Shown here: positions 1 to 11,560 of the stretch, in pieces
Position numbering within the stretch: the first letter of the stretch is position 1
How the letters are laid out: the number at the start of each line of letters is the position of its first letter
Assembly: GCA_020725385.1 (NCBI GenBank)
Contig: DYFC01000037.1
Location: forward strand, 1 to 18,805
Direction of reading: 5' to 3'
DNA: 18,805 nucleotides
Origin: Nitrospira japonica
Lineage (GTDB): Bacteria > Nitrospirota > Thermodesulfovibrionia > Thermodesulfovibrionales > SM23-35
The notes under the pieces: generated by a model
What the model was told of the DNA's origin: nothing
The model's database searches: none
The model's input: only the letters and a program-made list of their open reading frames with translations
Program-made: the position numbers and the translations under genes

Positions 1-125
1 GTGACAATGTAAGTTTGACAGTTGAGTTAATATCGCCGATAGCGATGGAGAAGGAATTAAGGTTTGCGATAAGAGAAGGTGGAAGGACAGTTGGCGCAGG
101 AGTCGTAACTGAGATAATTCAGTAG
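1..125 (+). CDS. tuf: Elongation factor Tu, 3' end (partial, begins upstream of window)
   Basis: Frame from base 3 reads [40 protein letters not shown] (TAG 123-125), the conserved EF-Tu C-terminus. Not in the ORF track. Confidence 0.97.
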   Translation, partial: DNVSLTVELISPIAMEKELRFAIREGGRTVGAGVVTEIIQ

Positions 126-175
126 AGTAAAAATATAAATTAATATTAAAATATAAACTTAAGGATTAAAAAGGA

Positions 176-328
176 ATGCGTGATATAATACTTTTTCAGT
201 GCACTGAATGTAAGAATAGAAATTATTCGAGCATGAAAAATAAGAAAAATACAACCGAGAAACTTCAGCTTAAGAAATATTGCAGGCATTGTAGAAAACA
301 TACTTTACATAAGGAAACAAAGGCGTAG
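176..328 (+). CDS. rpmG: 50S ribosomal protein L33, Zn-binding (CxxC...CxxC) type
   Basis: Hand translation gives [50 protein letters not shown] (50 aa), in the canonical position between tuf and tRNA-Trp/secE. Not in the ORF track. Confidence 0.96.
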   Translation: MRDIILFQCTECKNRNYSSMKNKKNTTEKLQLKKYCRHCRKHTLHKETKA

Positions 329-403
329 GCCAGTAGCTCTAACGGCTAGAGCATCGGACTCCAAATCCGAGGGTTGGGGGTTCAAATCCCTCCTGGCCTG
401 CCA
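327..403 (+). tRNA. tRNA-Trp (anticodon CCA)
   Basis: Acceptor stem AGGCCAG/CTGGCCT, discriminator G and encoded CCA (401-403). Anticodon arm TCGGA-CTCCAAA-TCCGA; T loop GTTCAAATC; usual position upstream of secE. Confidence 0.97.
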
Positions 404-454
404 GTTTTGTGAAAGCTTTTATATAGAAAAATTTTAAAAAAGCAGGAATAGAAA

Positions 455-640
455 ATGATCAATAGAATAAAGGAGTTTTTCAGGGAAGTAAAAATTGAAA
501 TAAAAAAAGTTGTCTTTCCAACCAAAGATGAATTGATCGGGTCAACATGGGTTGTTATCATAACTGTGATAATTATTTCCTTATTTCTTGGACTCGTTGA
601 CCTCGGACTTTCAAAACTGGTCGGGATAGCTTTGAGATAA
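455..640 (+). CDS. secE: Preprotein translocase subunit SecE (single TM type)
   Basis: FFREVKIEIKKVVFPTKDEL motif followed by one hydrophobic helix; immediately upstream of nusG. Confidence 0.96.
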   Translation: MINRIKEFFREVKIEIKKVVFPTKDELIGSTWVVIITVIIISLFLGLVDLGLSKLVGIALR

Positions 641-643
641 ACT

Positions 644-1168
644 ATGGGAAAGAACTGGTACGTAGTACACACATATTCTGGGTTTGAAGAAAAAGTAAAA
701 ATATCAATCGAAGAAAAGGTTGAAAAGCAAAATTTTAAGGACAGGATATCACGCATATTAATACCTTCTGAAAAGGTAATCGAGTTAAGAAGCGGTAAAA
801 AGAAAGAAAGCGATAAAAAATTTTATCCCGGATATATTCTTGTTGAAATGGAACTCGATGATGAAACATGGCATCTAATAAGGAGTACTCCGAGAGTTAC
901 CGGTTTTGTTGGTGGTTCGAATCCTGTTCCTTTATCAGAAGAAGAAGTATCGGTAATATTGCAACAACTTGAAAAGGGACCTGTACCTCAGGTTAAAACC
1001 CAATTCCAGAAAGGTGAAAGTGTAAGAATTATTGATGGACCTTTTACAAATTTTATAGGTAATGTGGAAGAAGTTGATATTGATCATGGAAGATTATGTG
1101 TTATGGTAAGTATTTTCGGCAGACAAACACCTGTTGAATTAAACTTTTTCCAGGTTGAGAAAGCATAA
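644..1168 (+). CDS. nusG: Transcription termination/antitermination factor NusG
   Basis: WYVVHTYSGFE, PGYILVEM, TPRVTGFVG, KOW motif VRIIDGPF, and IFGRQTPVELNFFQVEK. Confidence 0.98.
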   Translation: MGKNWYVVHTYSGFEEKVKISIEEKVEKQNFKDRISRILIPSEKVIELRSGKKKESDKKFYPGYILVEMELDDETWHLIRSTPRVTGFVGGSNPVPLSEEEVSVILQQLEKGPVPQVKTQFQKGESVRIIDGPFTNFIGNVEEVDIDHGRLCVMVSIFGRQTPVELNFFQVEKA

Positions 1169-1169
1169 T

Positions 1170-1269
1170 AATTTGAAATTAAAAACTTGAAATTTAGAAT
1201 AAAATGTAAAGTGGAAAATGGGAAATATAGGAGATTATTTATATTTTTTCATTTTTCAGTTTTCATTTT
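1170..1269. repeat. 7-nt periodic AT-rich repeats forming an imperfect inverted repeat in the nusG-rplK spacer
   Basis: Units AATTTGA/AATTAAA/AACTTGA/AATTTAG (1170-1197). Arm AAAATG-TAAAGTG-GAAAATG-GGAAATA (1201-1227) pairs, with G-U pairs and mismatches, with TATTTTTTCATTTTTCAGTTTTCATTTT (1242-1269). Confidence 0.6.
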
Positions 1270-1288
1270 GAAATATTGAGGGGGTTTT

Positions 1289-1717
1289 ATGGCTAAAAAG
1301 GAAGTTATCGCACAGGTTAAACTTCAGATACCGGCTGGTAAGGCCAATCCTGCACCACCGGTTGGCCCTGCATTAGGTCCGCATGGAGTGAACATAATGG
1401 AGTTCTGTAAGGCATTCAATGCACAGACGCAGGCACTTGGAGATACAATTATCCCTGTTGTTATGACAGTCTATGCAGACAGGTCTTTTACTTTTATTAC
1501 AAAGACCCCGCCAGCTTCAGAACTTTTAAAAAAGGCTGCAGGAATTATTAAAGGTTCGGGAACTCCTAACAAGGATAAAGTTGGAAAAGTAACATCGGCT
1601 CAAGTAAAGGAAATAGCTCAGAAAAAGCTTCCTGATTTAAATGCGTTTGATGTTAGTAAAGCCGAAAGCATTATCCGCGGAACAGCAAAAAGCATGGGTA
1701 TTGACGTTATAGATTAA
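1289..1717 (+). CDS. rplK: 50S ribosomal protein L11
   Basis: [35 protein letters not shown] signature; SD GAGGGGG upstream. Confidence 0.99.
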   Translation: MAKKEVIAQVKLQIPAGKANPAPPVGPALGPHGVNIMEFCKAFNAQTQALGDTIIPVVMTVYADRSFTFITKTPPASELLKKAAGIIKGSGTPNKDKVGKVTSAQVKEIAQKKLPDLNAFDVSKAESIIRGTAKSMGIDVID

Positions 1718-1737
1718 TTAAAAATAAAGAGGTAGAG

Positions 1738-2430
1738 ATGGGTAAGAAATTAAAGGCAGTAAAAGAAAAAATCGATTTAACAAAACAATATACTCTTGAA
1801 GAAGCTATAAAAATTGTGAAAGAATCTTCAAGTGCTAAATTTGATGAGACAGTTGACCTCGCGGTTAATCTTGGAGTTGATCCAAGAAAATCGGATCAGA
1901 TGGTGAGAAGCACAGTTGTTCTGCCTCATGGAATAGGTAAAAAGGTTAGAGTTCTTGTATTTGCTAAAGGAGAAAAAGAAAAAGAAGCGTTAGATGCCGG
2001 AGCTGATTATGTTGGAGCAGAAGACCTTGTTGAAAAAATTTCAAAGGGATGGCTTGATTTTGATAAATCTGTTGCTACACCTGATGTAATGGGAATAGTA
2101 GGAAAACTCGGAAAGATACTGGGGCCGAGAGGCTTAATGCCGAATCCTAAACTCGGGACAGTAACTTTTGATATTGCAAAGACTGTAAAAGAAATAAAAG
2201 CAGGTAAAGTTGAATATAAAACCGAAAAAGCCGGTATCGTACATGTTCCTATAGGTAAGGTATCTTTTGATGCCGAAAAACTTGTAGATAATGCTAAAAC
2301 AATAATTAATTCGATAATAAAAGCTAAGCCGTCAACGAGCAAAGGAAAATATTTGAAGAAAATGTCTGTTTCTTCTACTATGGGACCGGGGATTCCAGTT
2401 GATGTGGCGTCTCTGGGGAAGGGGGTGTAA
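1738..2430 (+). CDS. rplA: 50S ribosomal protein L1
   Basis: [34 protein letters not shown] and SSTMGPG motifs; SD AGAGGT. Confidence 0.99.
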   Translation: MGKKLKAVKEKIDLTKQYTLEEAIKIVKESSSAKFDETVDLAVNLGVDPRKSDQMVRSTVVLPHGIGKKVRVLVFAKGEKEKEALDAGADYVGAEDLVEKISKGWLDFDKSVATPDVMGIVGKLGKILGPRGLMPNPKLGTVTFDIAKTVKEIKAGKVEYKTEKAGIVHVPIGKVSFDAEKLVDNAKTIINSIIKAKPSTSKGKYLKKMSVSSTMGPGIPVDVASLGKGV

Positions 2431-2431
2431 A

Positions 2432-2947
2432 CTGAACAGGACAGAAAAAGAACAGGTTATTCAAGACCTAAAAAATGATTTCAGCAGAGCAAAGGCTGTG
2501 GTTTTTACAGATTACAGGGGTATGAGTGTTGCTGAACTTTCGGATTTAAGGAAACTTCTAAGAGAAGGAAATTTCCAGTATAAAATTGTTAAAAATACAC
2601 TTGCAAGAATTGCATCTGAAGGAACTTCCCTGTCTATAGCGAAAGATTCTTTTAAAGGACCTGTAGGCATCGCTATTAGCTATGATGATCCTATCCTTGC
2701 TTTGAAGAAGGTTCTTGAATTTTCAAAAAAGAACGATAAACTTAAGGTGAATGTAGGTCTTGTTGAAGGTTCATTATGCGAAGCTAAGGACTTAAAGGCA
2801 GTAGCTGAACTGCCTTCCAGACAGGTGCTTCTTTCAATGATGGCTGGAGTATTTCAGGCTCCCCTCAGTAAATTTGCTTCTCTATTACAGGCGTCGGTGG
2901 GCAGATTTGCTTATGCAGTTGAGGCATTAAAAACTAAAAAAAGTTAA
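2432..2947 (+). CDS. rplJ: 50S ribosomal protein L10 (probable CTG start at 2432; track start 2399 overlaps rplA)
   Basis: L10 motifs (DYRGMSVAELSDLRKLLRE, KIVKNTLARIA, AELPSR). The typical N-terminus (M)NRTEKEQVI begins at CTG 2432, preceded by SD-like AAGGGGGTG. Confidence 0.93.
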   Translation: MNRTEKEQVIQDLKNDFSRAKAVVFTDYRGMSVAELSDLRKLLREGNFQYKIVKNTLARIASEGTSLSIAKDSFKGPVGIAISYDDPILALKKVLEFSKKNDKLKVNVGLVEGSLCEAKDLKAVAELPSRQVLLSMMAGVFQAPLSKFASLLQASVGRFAYAVEALKTKKS

Positions 2948-3027
2948 AGAATAAAAACAATCAAAATATAAGGTTTCGTAAAATTACCTTATTTGCGAGC
3001 GTTTAATAAAAAAGGAGGACTTAAGAA

Positions 3028-3414
3028 ATGGCTGTTACAAAAGAACAAGTATTTGAGTTTATTGACAACATGACAATCCTCGATATGTCCAAATTCATCA
3101 AAGAGTTCGAGGAAAGATACGGAGTTACAGCAGCTGCTCCTGTTGCTGTTGCAGCAATGCCGGGTGCAGGCGCAGGCACTGCAGCTCCTGAAGTTGAGGA
3201 AAAAACAAGCTTTGATGTTATCCTTTCTGCAGCAGGAGATAAGAAAATACAGGTAATCAAGGTTGTGAGAGAACTTACGTCTTTAGGATTAAAAGAAGCC
3301 AAAGATCTTGTTGACGGCGCTCCAAAGCCCGTTAAAACAGGTGTTTCAAAAGAAGAAGCCGAATCAATTAAGGCAAAACTCGAGGAACAGGGTGCAACAG
3401 TAGAAATTAAATAA
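3028..3414 (+). CDS. rplL: 50S ribosomal protein L7/L12
   Basis: Ala-rich hinge, [37 protein letters not shown]; strong SD AAGGAGG at 3012-3018. Confidence 0.99.
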   Translation: MAVTKEQVFEFIDNMTILDMSKFIKEFEERYGVTAAAPVAVAAMPGAGAGTAAPEVEEKTSFDVILSAAGDKKIQVIKVVRELTSLGLKEAKDLVDGAPKPVKTGVSKEEAESIKAKLEEQGATVEIK

Positions 3415-3425
3415 AAAGGAGATAT

Positions 3426-6400
3426 ATGTCAAGGGTTCTTAGAAAAAGACTGAACTTTGGAAAAGTTCCCCATATTTTAGACATCCCGAACCTCATTGAA
3501 ATACAGAAAAGATCATATGAAAAATTTCTACAGAGAGAGATACCATCTGATAAAAGAGAGGAGACAGGTTTACAGGCAGCTTTTTTAAGTGTTTTCCCTA
3601 TTGTAGATTATAATGAAACTGCTTCTATTGAATTTCTGGGTTACTCCATAGGTGAACCGAAATTCGGAATAAGGGATTGTTTACAAAAAGGCCTTACATT
3701 TGCTGCGCCTTTAAAAATTAAGGTAAGACTGAATCTCTGGGAAATAGAGTCAAAGGGGAATAAGAGGCTTAAAGAATCAAGAGAAGAAGATGTCTATATA
3801 GGTGAAATGCCTCTGATGACCGAAACCGGTACATTTGTAGTTAATGGTACCGAGCGTGTTATCGTTAGTCAGTTGCATCGTTCACCCGGAGTATTTTTTA
3901 GTCATGACAAGGGTAAGACCCATGTGAGCGGAAGACTATTATATTCTGCAAGGGTAATTCCATCAAGAGGTTCATGGCTTGATTTTGAATTTGATACCAA
4001 AGACTTACTTTATGTCAGGATTGATAGAAGGCGTAAATTACCCGCTACAATTGTTCTTAAAGCGCTTGGATATAGTAATGAAGACCTTCTTAAAATTTTC
4101 TATCCTGTTGAAGTGATTTCAATAAATGGCAATAAATTTAGCCGGGAAGTTAGCGAAGTTCTTGTTGGTTTGAAATCTTCTATCAATATTACAGATCCTG
4201 TTACAAAAGAACCGATTGTCAAAGAAGGAAGCAAGATTTCAAAAGGTGCTTTAAGAAAGATGGAAGCCTGCGGCATCAAGACTATCCCGATATCGAAAGA
4301 AGATATAATTGGAAGAATAACACTTAAAGATATTATAGATCCTTCAACAGGAGAGGTGCTTCTTGAAGGCAATGACACGATTACAGAGGATGTATTTAAT
4401 AAAATTATTTCGCTTAAGATTGATACATTAAATCTCCTTTTTATAGACAACGTACATTATCTGTCTTCACTTAGAGATACGCTGCTTACCGATAAAGTAA
4501 GCAGTCAGGAAGAAGCTTTAATCGAAATTTATAAAAAATTAAGACCGGGTGAGCCACCTACAATTAATGCGGCAAGGGATCTTTTTAATGGACTTTTCTT
4601 TGATCCAAAGAGATATGATCTTTCACCTGTGGGAAGACTTAAATTAAATAAAAGACTTAATCTTGATATTAATCTTGACAACAGGGTACTTACCGATAAG
4701 GATATCGTTGAAATCGTCAGGTATCTTTTTAATTTAAGGACAGGAAAAGGAGAGGTTGATGATATAGACCATCTCGGCAACAGAAGAATCAGAAGAGTCG
4801 GAGAGTTGCTTGAGAATCAATTCCGTATCGGTCTTGTAAGAATGGAAAGAACAATCAAAGAAAAGATGACTCTTACAGAACTCGAGACCGCTATGCCTCA
4901 TGACCTTATTAATGCAAAACCTGTTATGGCTGCATTAAAAGAATTTTTTGGTTCAAGTCAGCTTAGTCAATTTATGGATCAAACAAATCCATTATCTGAA
5001 ATTACCCATAAAAGAAGGCTCTCTGCACTTGGTCCCGGTGGTCTTACACGTGAAAGAGCAGGATTTGAGGTAAGAGATGTTCATCCGACCCATTATGGAA
5101 GAATTTGTCCTATTGAAACTCCTGAAGGTCCGAACATCGGTCTTATTACCTCACTTGCATCCTATGCAAGGGTAAATGATTTCGGGTTTATTGAAGTTCC
5201 ATATAGAAAAGTTGTGAACGGAAGAGTTACAAAAACAGTCGAATATCTTTCAGCCATTGATGGAGAAAAATACATAATTGCAGAAGCAACTTCACCCATG
5301 GATGAGAAAGGATACCTGACCGGCGAAACAGTATCTGCGAGAGTTGGTGGAGATTTCAGGATGGTATCTCCACAAGAAGTTGAATACATGGATGTATCTC
5401 CAAAACAGATTGTTGGAGTGTCAGCTTCATTAATACCTTTTCTTGAAAATGATGATGCAAACAGAGCTTTGATGGGTTCAAACATGCAGAGGCAAGCAGT
5501 CCCGCTATTGAGCCCTGAAGCACCAATTGTTGGAACAGGAATGGAACATGTAGCTGCGAGAGATTCGGGAGCCCTTGTTATTGCAAAAAGAGGCGGTATT
5601 GTTGAGAGCGTTGATTCTTCAAGAATTGTTGTAAGAGCTAATGAAGATGGTGGTGGAGTTGATATTTATAAATTAATTAAATTTCAAAGATCGAATCAGG
5701 CAACCTGTATTAATCAGAAGGCTATAATTAATATCGGTGAAACAGTATCTGCTGGAGATATTCTTGCCGATGGAACATGTACCGAAGCAGGAGAGCTTGC
5801 ACTCGGGAAAAATGTCCTTGTTGCTTTTATGCCCTGGGGCGGTTATAACTTTGAGGATGCCATACTTATAAGTGAACGTCTTGTTATGGAAGATGTTTAC
5901 ACATCCGTACACATAGAAGAATTTAGTGTTGAAGCTAGGGAGACGAAACTCGGACCGGAAGAAATAACACGCGATATTCCTAATGTTGGCGAAGAAGCGC
6001 TTAAAGACATTGATGATAGCGGTATTATAAGAATTGGCGCGGAAGTAAAACCAGGTGATATTCTTGTAGGAAAAGTAACCCCTAAAGGTGAAACCCAGTT
6101 AACCCCTGAAGAAAAACTTCTAAGAGCAATATTTGGAGAAAAAGCAGAAGAGGTGAAGGAAAGCTGTCTTTACGTTCCACCCGGTATAGAAGGAATTGTT
6201 GTTGATGTCAGGGTATTTTCACGTAAAGGAGTTGCGAAAGACAACAGAGCAAAGAGTATAGAAGAGGATGAAATACAGAGACTTCAACGTGACCTTGATG
6301 AAGAGATTAGAATAGCAAAAGAAGAAAAATTCAGAAAGCTTAGAGAGCTTTTAACCGGTCGTACTGTTGCCGAAGATATAAAGGACTCGAAGACAAAAGA

Positions 6401-7358
6401 AGTTATTTGCTATAAAGGCAAAAAACTAACCGAAAAGCAACTCGAAAGGATTAAAGACGAACACCTTATGCGCATAAAGCTTGAAGATTCAAGTGCGCGT
6501 GAAAAGATAGAAATAGCAAATCATGATGCGAATCAGCGTATAAAACGTATTGAATCAAGGTATGACGAACTTATTGAAAGGCTGAAAAAAGGTGATGAAT
6601 TGCCTCCCGGCGTAATGAAGGTTGTTAAAGTTTATATAGCAATGAAGCGTAAAATACAGATTGGTGATAAGATGGCCGGCCGTCATGGAAATAAAGGAGT
6701 CGTAGCTATGGTTATGCCTCAGGAAGATATGCCTTATCTTCCCGATGGAACTCCTGTTGATATTGTCTTAAACCCTCTGGGAGTTCCTTCGAGAATGAAT
6801 GTAGGTCAGGTGCTTGAGACACATCTTGGCTGGGCTGCAAAGGCTCTTGGTTTGCATGTATCAACGCCTGTATTTGAAGGAGCAAAAGAAGCTGAAATCA
6901 AGGAGCTTCTTAAAAAAGCAAAACTTCCTGCTACCGGTCAGATAACATTGATTGATGGTAGGACAGGAGAACCTTTTGATAAGCCGGTAACTGTCGGGCA
7001 TATGTATATGATGAAATTACATCATCTTGTTGATGATAAAATACATGCACGTTCAATCGGTCCGTATTCTCTCGTTACACAGCAGCCACTCGGTGGTAAA
7101 GCACAGTTTGGCGGTCAAAGGCTTGGTGAAATGGAGGTATGGGCACTTGAAGCATACGGTGCTGCATATACATTGCAGGAATTTCTAACTGTTAAGAGTG
7201 ACGATGTAACTGGAAGAGCGCGTATGTATGAAGCAATCGTGAAAGGTGATGCTACCCTTGAACCGGGGGTGCCCGAATCTTTCCACGTATTAATAAAAGA
7301 ACTCCAGAGTCTTGGACTCGATGTTGAACTTCTGGAGAAGAAAAATAAGGGGGAGTAG
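3426..7358 (+). CDS. rpoB: DNA-directed RNA polymerase subunit beta
   Basis: [29 protein letters not shown] (Rif cluster I), [31 protein letters not shown]; SD AAGGAG. Confidence 0.99.
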   Translation: MSRVLRKRLNFGKVPHILDIPNLIEIQKRSYEKFLQREIPSDKREETGLQAAFLSVFPIVDYNETASIEFLGYSIGEPKFGIRDCLQKGLTFAAPLKIKVRLNLWEIESKGNKRLKESREEDVYIGEMPLMTETGTFVVNGTERVIVSQLHRSPGVFFSHDKGKTHVSGRLLYSARVIPSRGSWLDFEFDTKDLLYVRIDRRRKLPATIVLKALGYSNEDLLKIFYPVEVISINGNKFSREVSEVLVGLKSSINITDPVTKEPIVKEGSKISKGALRKMEACGIKTIPISKEDIIGRITLKDIIDPSTGEVLLEGNDTITEDVFNKIISLKIDTLNLLFIDNVHYLSSLRDTLLTDKVSSQEEALIEIYKKLRPGEPPTINAARDLFNGLFFDPKRYDLSPVGRLKLNKRLNLDINLDNRVLTDKDIVEIVRYLFNLRTGKGEVDDIDHLGNRRIRRVGELLENQFRIGLVRMERTIKEKMTLTELETAMPHDLINAKPVMAALKEFFGSSQLSQFMDQTNPLSEITHKRRLSALGPGGLTRERAGFEVRDVHPTHYGRICPIETPEGPNIGLITSLASYARVNDFGFIEVPYRKVVNGRVTKTVEYLSAIDGEKYIIAEATSPMDEKGYLTGETVSARVGGDFRMVSPQEVEYMDVSPKQIVGVSASLIPFLENDDANRALMGSNMQRQAVPLLSPEAPIVGTGMEHVAARDSGALVIAKRGGIVESVDSSRIVVRANEDGGGVDIYKLIKFQRSNQATCINQKAIINIGETVSAGDILADGTCTEAGELALGKNVLVAFMPWGGYNFEDAILISERLVMEDVYTSVHIEEFSVEARETKLGPEEITRDIPNVGEEALKDIDDSGIIRIGAEVKPGDILVGKVTPKGETQLTPEEKLLRAIFGEKAEEVKESCLYVPPGIEGIVVDVRVFSRKGVAKDNRAKSIEEDEIQRLQRDLDEEIRIAKEEKFRKLRELLTGRTVAEDIKDSKTKEVICYKGKKLTEKQLERIKDEHLMRIKLEDSSAREKIEIANHDANQRIKRIESRYDELIERLKKGDELPPGVMKVVKVYIAMKRKIQIGDKMAGRHGNKGVVAMVMPQEDMPYLPDGTPVDIVLNPLGVPSRMNVGQVLETHLGWAAKALGLHVSTPVFEGAKEAEIKELLKKAKLPATGQITLIDGRTGEPFDKPVTVGHMYMMKLHHLVDDKIHARSIGPYSLVTQQPLGGKAQFGGQRLGEMEVWALEAYGAAYTLQEFLTVKSDDVTGRARMYEAIVKGDATLEPGVPESFHVLIKELQSLGLDVELLEKKNKGE

Positions 7359-7359
7359 C

Positions 7360-10300
7360 TTGACAGAAGATATTTATTCAATCTTTCAAAGGCCAAAAGA
7401 CCCAACAGATTTTGAAGCAGTAAGGATCAGGCTTGCCTCTCCGGAGAAGATCAGAGAGTGGTCTTATGGTGAGGTTAAGAAGCCTGAAACAATAAATTAT
7501 CGTACATTTAAGCCTGAAAGAGATGGACTTTTCTGCGCTAAAATTTTTGGTCCTATTAAGGACTGGGAATGTATTTGCGGAAAATATAAAAGAATGAAGC
7601 ATAGAGGAGTTGTCTGTGATAAATGCGGGGTTGAAGTTATACAATCAAAGGTAAGAAGAGAAAGATTAGGACATATAGAGCTCGCAACTCCTGTTGCACA
7701 TATCTGGTTTCTTAAAGGATTGCCAAGCAGAATAGGCACTCTGCTTGATATGACAATGAGACAGCTTGAAAAAGTTCTTTATTTTGAAAGCTATGTTGTT
7801 ATTGATCCCGGGGATACAAACCTTAAAGAAAAGGATTTGCTTACAGAGGAAGAATATAAAAAGAAAACAGCTGAATTTGGAACGAAATTCAAAGCTGGAA
7901 TGGGAGCTGAAGCTATTAGAGAACTTTTAAGAAGATGTGATCTCGAAGCTCTTTATTCTGAATTAAAAATAAAAATCAATGAAGCGGTATCCATAGGTAT
8001 TAAGAAAAAACTTACAAAAAGGCTTAAGGTTGTAGATGCTTTCAGAAAATCAGGTAACAAGCCGGAATGGATGATTATGGATGTAATACCTGTGCTTCCT
8101 CCGGATTTAAGACCATTGGTTCCACTTGAGGGAGGACGTTTTGCAACCTCTGACCTAAATGACCTATATAGAAGGGTCATTAATAGAAATAATAGATTAA
8201 AGCGTCTTATGGAGTTAAAAGCTCCAAGTGTAATTATTAAAAATGAAAAGAGAATGCTTCAGGAAGCTGTAGATGCATTATTTGACAATGGAAGAAGAAG
8301 CAGGGTTCTTAAGACAACCACCAAACGTCCTTTGAAATCACTTAGTGACATGATAAAGGGAAAACAGGGAAGGTTCAGACAAAATCTTCTCGGTAAAAGA
8401 GTTGATTATTCCGGCAGATCTGTTATTGTTGTTGGTCCTGAACTTAAACTGCACCAGTGCGGGCTTCCTAAAAGAATGGCTCTTGAATTATTCAAGCCTT
8501 TTATTTTCAATAAACTTGAAGAAAAAGGTTATGCAACAACCATCAAAGCTGCAAAAAAACTTGTTGAAAAAGAAAGTCCCGAGGTGTGGGATTCACTTGA
8601 AGAAGTTATCAGGGAGCATCCTGTATTGCTCAACCGTGCTCCAACATTACACAGGCTTGGAATTCAGGCATTTGACCCTGTTCTTGTTGAAGGCAAGGCT
8701 ATAAAATTACATCCTCTGGTTTGTACAGCATTTAATGCTGATTTTGATGGTGATCAGATGGCTGTTCATGTTCCGCTTTCTATTGAATCCCAGATAGAAG
8801 CCAGGGTACTTATGATGTCTGTGAATAACATAATGTCACCTGCAAATGGCAAGCCAATAGTTGTACCAACCCAGGATATGGTTCTCGGCATCTATTATCT
8901 AATGAAAGAGAAAAAGGGCGCAAAAGGTGAAAGGGTTGAATACACAAAAGAAGAACTTAAACAGATAAAAGATCCTATAGAAAGAATAAAAGCAGAATCT
9001 AATGGCAGGTATCTTACTCCCGATGATGTGATAATTGCTTATGATTTGGGATTGGTGAGTGAACATGCAAGGATTAGTGTAAAACTCAATGGTGAGTATG
9101 TAGATACAACTGTTGGTCGTATAATTTTCAGAGGAATATTACCTGCAGGCATACCTTTTTCTATGGTTAATAAAGAGATGACCAAGAAGGAACTTGGTAA
9201 ACTTATTGATTATATTTATAAGCAAGCAGGTAAAAGGGAAACAGTAGTTTTTCTTGATAAACTTGAGCAGCTTGGTTTCAAGTATGCAACAAAGGCAGGC
9301 TTTTCAATCTCAATGGCTGATATGCATATACCATCCAAGAAAGCTGAACTAATCCGTTACGCAGAACAGGAAGTTATTGAAGTTCAGAAACAGTATGCTG
9401 ATGGACTGATTACACATGGTGAACGTTACAATAAAGTTATTGACATCTGGGCAAATGTTACCGAAAAAGTAGCTGATGAGATGATGAAGGAGTTGGGCGC
9501 TGAAGACGGCAAAACATTTACAGAAGAGGAATTAAAAGAGCGTAGAGCTTTTAATAGTATTTTCATGATGGCTGACTCAGGTGCAAGAGGAAGCACTGCC
9601 CAGATAAGACAGCTTGCTGGTATGAGAGGTCTTATGGCAAAGCCATCAGGTGAAATTATTGAAACTCCTATTACAGCGAACTTTAGAGAAGGTCTTACTC
9701 CCTTACAGTATTTTATATCAACACATGGTGCACGTAAAGGACTTGCTGATACAGCTCTTAAAACCGCTAATTCAGGATACCTTACAAGAAGACTCGTAGA
9801 TGTTGCACAGGATGTTATTGTGTATGAAGATGATTGTGAAACAAAAGAGGGTATTAATGTTACATCACTCGTCGAAGGCGGCGAAATAATTCAGCCTATT
9901 GAAGAGAGAATACTCGGAAGAATTGCTGTAGAAGATATAAAAGACCCGATTACTAAAGAGATAATCGTAAAACGTAATCAGGAAATTGATGAGGCTCTTA
10001 CGAAGAAAATTATAGAAGCTGGAATAGATAAAATCAAGATACGTTCTGTTCTAACATGTCAATCAAAATTTGGTGTTTGCAGTAAATGTTATGGTAGAGA
10101 TCTTGGAAGAGGTGAGCTGGTAGAAAAAGGAGAAGCTGTCGGTATAATCGCAGCGCAGTCAATCGGTGAGCCAGGCACCCAGCTTACAATGAGAACATTT
10201 CATATTGGTGGCGCAGCTTCGAAAGTTGTTGAACAGACTGTTCTTGAAGCAAAGAACTCCGGCATTATCAAGTTCATTAATGTGAATACAGTTAGAAACA

Positions 10301-11538
10301 GAGAAGGGCTTCTTGTTGTAATGAACAGAAACGGCAGCATAGCTGTCGTGGACTCTAAAGGCAGGGAAAAAGAAAAATATTCTGTTGTTTATGGTGCAAA
10401 GCTACTTGTTAATGACGGACAGAAAGTTGAAATAGGACAAAAACTTGTTGAATGGGATCCCTATTCTATGCCCATTCTTACTGAAATTGGCGGTAAAGTA
10501 GCTCACGGGGATATTATTGAAGGTGTTACAGTTAAAGAAGAGGTTGATGAAGTAACAGGACTTTCCCATAAAGTTATTATTGATTATCCTGCTAATATGA
10601 GACCGAGAATATCTATAAAGGATGAACAGGGAAGAGCCACGCAAAAAATACCAGGAACTAATACATTAGCAAGATATTTGCTTCCGGCAGGCGCACATAT
10701 TCTCGTTGAAAGAAATGATATTGTATATCCCGGCGATATACTTGCAAAAATACCGAGAGAAACGACGAAGACAAAAGATATTACCGGTGGTCTCCCGAGA
10801 GTTGCCGAGTTGTTTGAGGCAAGACGTCCAAAAGAACAGGCAATAGTTACCGAGATTGATGGAATGGTTGAATTCAGGGGTGCTCATAAGGGAATGCGTG
10901 TTGTGGTAGTAAGAGGTGGAGATGAGACAAGAGAATATCTTATTCCCAAAGGCAAACATGTTGGTGTTCATGAAGGTGACTGGGTTAGAGCAGGAGAGCC
11001 TTTAATGGATGGTGCTGTTAACCCTCACAATATTCTTGACATACTAGGTCCTCAGGAACTTCAGAGGTATCTTGTTGATGAAGTTCAGAAGGTTTACAGA
11101 CTTCAGGGTGTTACTATTAATGATAAACACATTGAAGTTATAGTAAGACAGATGATGAAGAAAGTCAGAATTGAGGACCCTGGAGATACTAATTTCCTTA
11201 TAGGTGAACAGGTTGATAGAAGGGCATTCCAGGAAGAAAATACAAGGATAAAATCCGAAGGCGGAAAACCTGCGCAGGGTAAACCTTTACTTCTTGGTAT
11301 AACAAAAGCATCACTTACTACTGATAGCTTTGTATCTGCTGCATCGTTCCAGGAGACAACAAGGGTGCTTACAGAGGCTGCTATAAGTGGCGCAGTTGAT
11401 GAACTTAGAGGCTTAAAAGAGAATGTAATAATGGGAAGAATTATACCTGCAGGAACAGGAACGCCTAAATATAGGAATACTTTTGTAAAACGTGAAATTC
11501 AGCCGCCATTGATGGAACAACCACAATTACAGGAATAA
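7360..11538 (+). CDS. rpoC: DNA-directed RNA polymerase subunit beta' (probable TTG start at 7360, not 7312)
   Basis: Catalytic NADFDGD (8734-8754), Zn-finger CICGKY...CDKC, and a large trigger-loop insertion between TFHIGG and [12 protein letters not shown] lies 1 nt after the rpoB stop, preceded by AAGGGGGAG. Confidence 0.98.
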   Translation: MTEDIYSIFQRPKDPTDFEAVRIRLASPEKIREWSYGEVKKPETINYRTFKPERDGLFCAKIFGPIKDWECICGKYKRMKHRGVVCDKCGVEVIQSKVRRERLGHIELATPVAHIWFLKGLPSRIGTLLDMTMRQLEKVLYFESYVVIDPGDTNLKEKDLLTEEEYKKKTAEFGTKFKAGMGAEAIRELLRRCDLEALYSELKIKINEAVSIGIKKKLTKRLKVVDAFRKSGNKPEWMIMDVIPVLPPDLRPLVPLEGGRFATSDLNDLYRRVINRNNRLKRLMELKAPSVIIKNEKRMLQEAVDALFDNGRRSRVLKTTTKRPLKSLSDMIKGKQGRFRQNLLGKRVDYSGRSVIVVGPELKLHQCGLPKRMALELFKPFIFNKLEEKGYATTIKAAKKLVEKESPEVWDSLEEVIREHPVLLNRAPTLHRLGIQAFDPVLVEGKAIKLHPLVCTAFNADFDGDQMAVHVPLSIESQIEARVLMMSVNNIMSPANGKPIVVPTQDMVLGIYYLMKEKKGAKGERVEYTKEELKQIKDPIERIKAESNGRYLTPDDVIIAYDLGLVSEHARISVKLNGEYVDTTVGRIIFRGILPAGIPFSMVNKEMTKKELGKLIDYIYKQAGKRETVVFLDKLEQLGFKYATKAGFSISMADMHIPSKKAELIRYAEQEVIEVQKQYADGLITHGERYNKVIDIWANVTEKVADEMMKELGAEDGKTFTEEELKERRAFNSIFMMADSGARGSTAQIRQLAGMRGLMAKPSGEIIETPITANFREGLTPLQYFISTHGARKGLADTALKTANSGYLTRRLVDVAQDVIVYEDDCETKEGINVTSLVEGGEIIQPIEERILGRIAVEDIKDPITKEIIVKRNQEIDEALTKKIIEAGIDKIKIRSVLTCQSKFGVCSKCYGRDLGRGELVEKGEAVGIIAAQSIGEPGTQLTMRTFHIGGAASKVVEQTVLEAKNSGIIKFINVNTVRNREGLLVVMNRNGSIAVVDSKGREKEKYSVVYGAKLLVNDGQKVEIGQKLVEWDPYSMPILTEIGGKVAHGDIIEGVTVKEEVDEVTGLSHKVIIDYPANMRPRISIKDEQGRATQKIPGTNTLARYLLPAGAHILVERNDIVYPGDILAKIPRETTKTKDITGGLPRVAELFEARRPKEQAIVTEIDGMVEFRGAHKGMRVVVVRGGDETREYLIPKGKHVGVHEGDWVRAGEPLMDGAVNPHNILDILGPQELQRYLVDEVQKVYRLQGVTINDKHIEVIVRQMMKKVRIEDPGDTNFLIGEQVDRRAFQEENTRIKSEGGKPAQGKPLLLGITKASLTTDSFVSAASFQETTRVLTEAAISGAVDELRGLKENVIMGRIIPAGTGTPKYRNTFVKREIQPPLMEQPQLQE

Positions 11539-11560
11539 ATAATTTCAACATAAAGAAATT

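Noticed and set aside
4942-5050. Possible rifampicin-resistance substitutions in RpoB cluster I
   Set aside because: The key residues (Q, D, H, R, S in [20 protein letters not shown]) match the sensitive consensus.
7312-7359. 16-codon N-terminal extension of RpoC given by the ORF track
   Set aside because: It lies inside rpoB. TTG 7360 has an SD and gives a normal beta' N-terminus.
382-10971. Antisense or alternate-frame ORFs over secE/nusG, rplA, rplL, rpoB and rpoC (382-756, 2007-2342, 3021-3302, 4100-4450, 4529-4780, 5162-5485, 5673-5912, 7115-7405, 7378-7644, 7497-7739, 7953-8180, 8402-8704, 10402-10644, 10666-10971)
   Set aside because: They are shadows of highly conserved genes, with no recognisable motifs.
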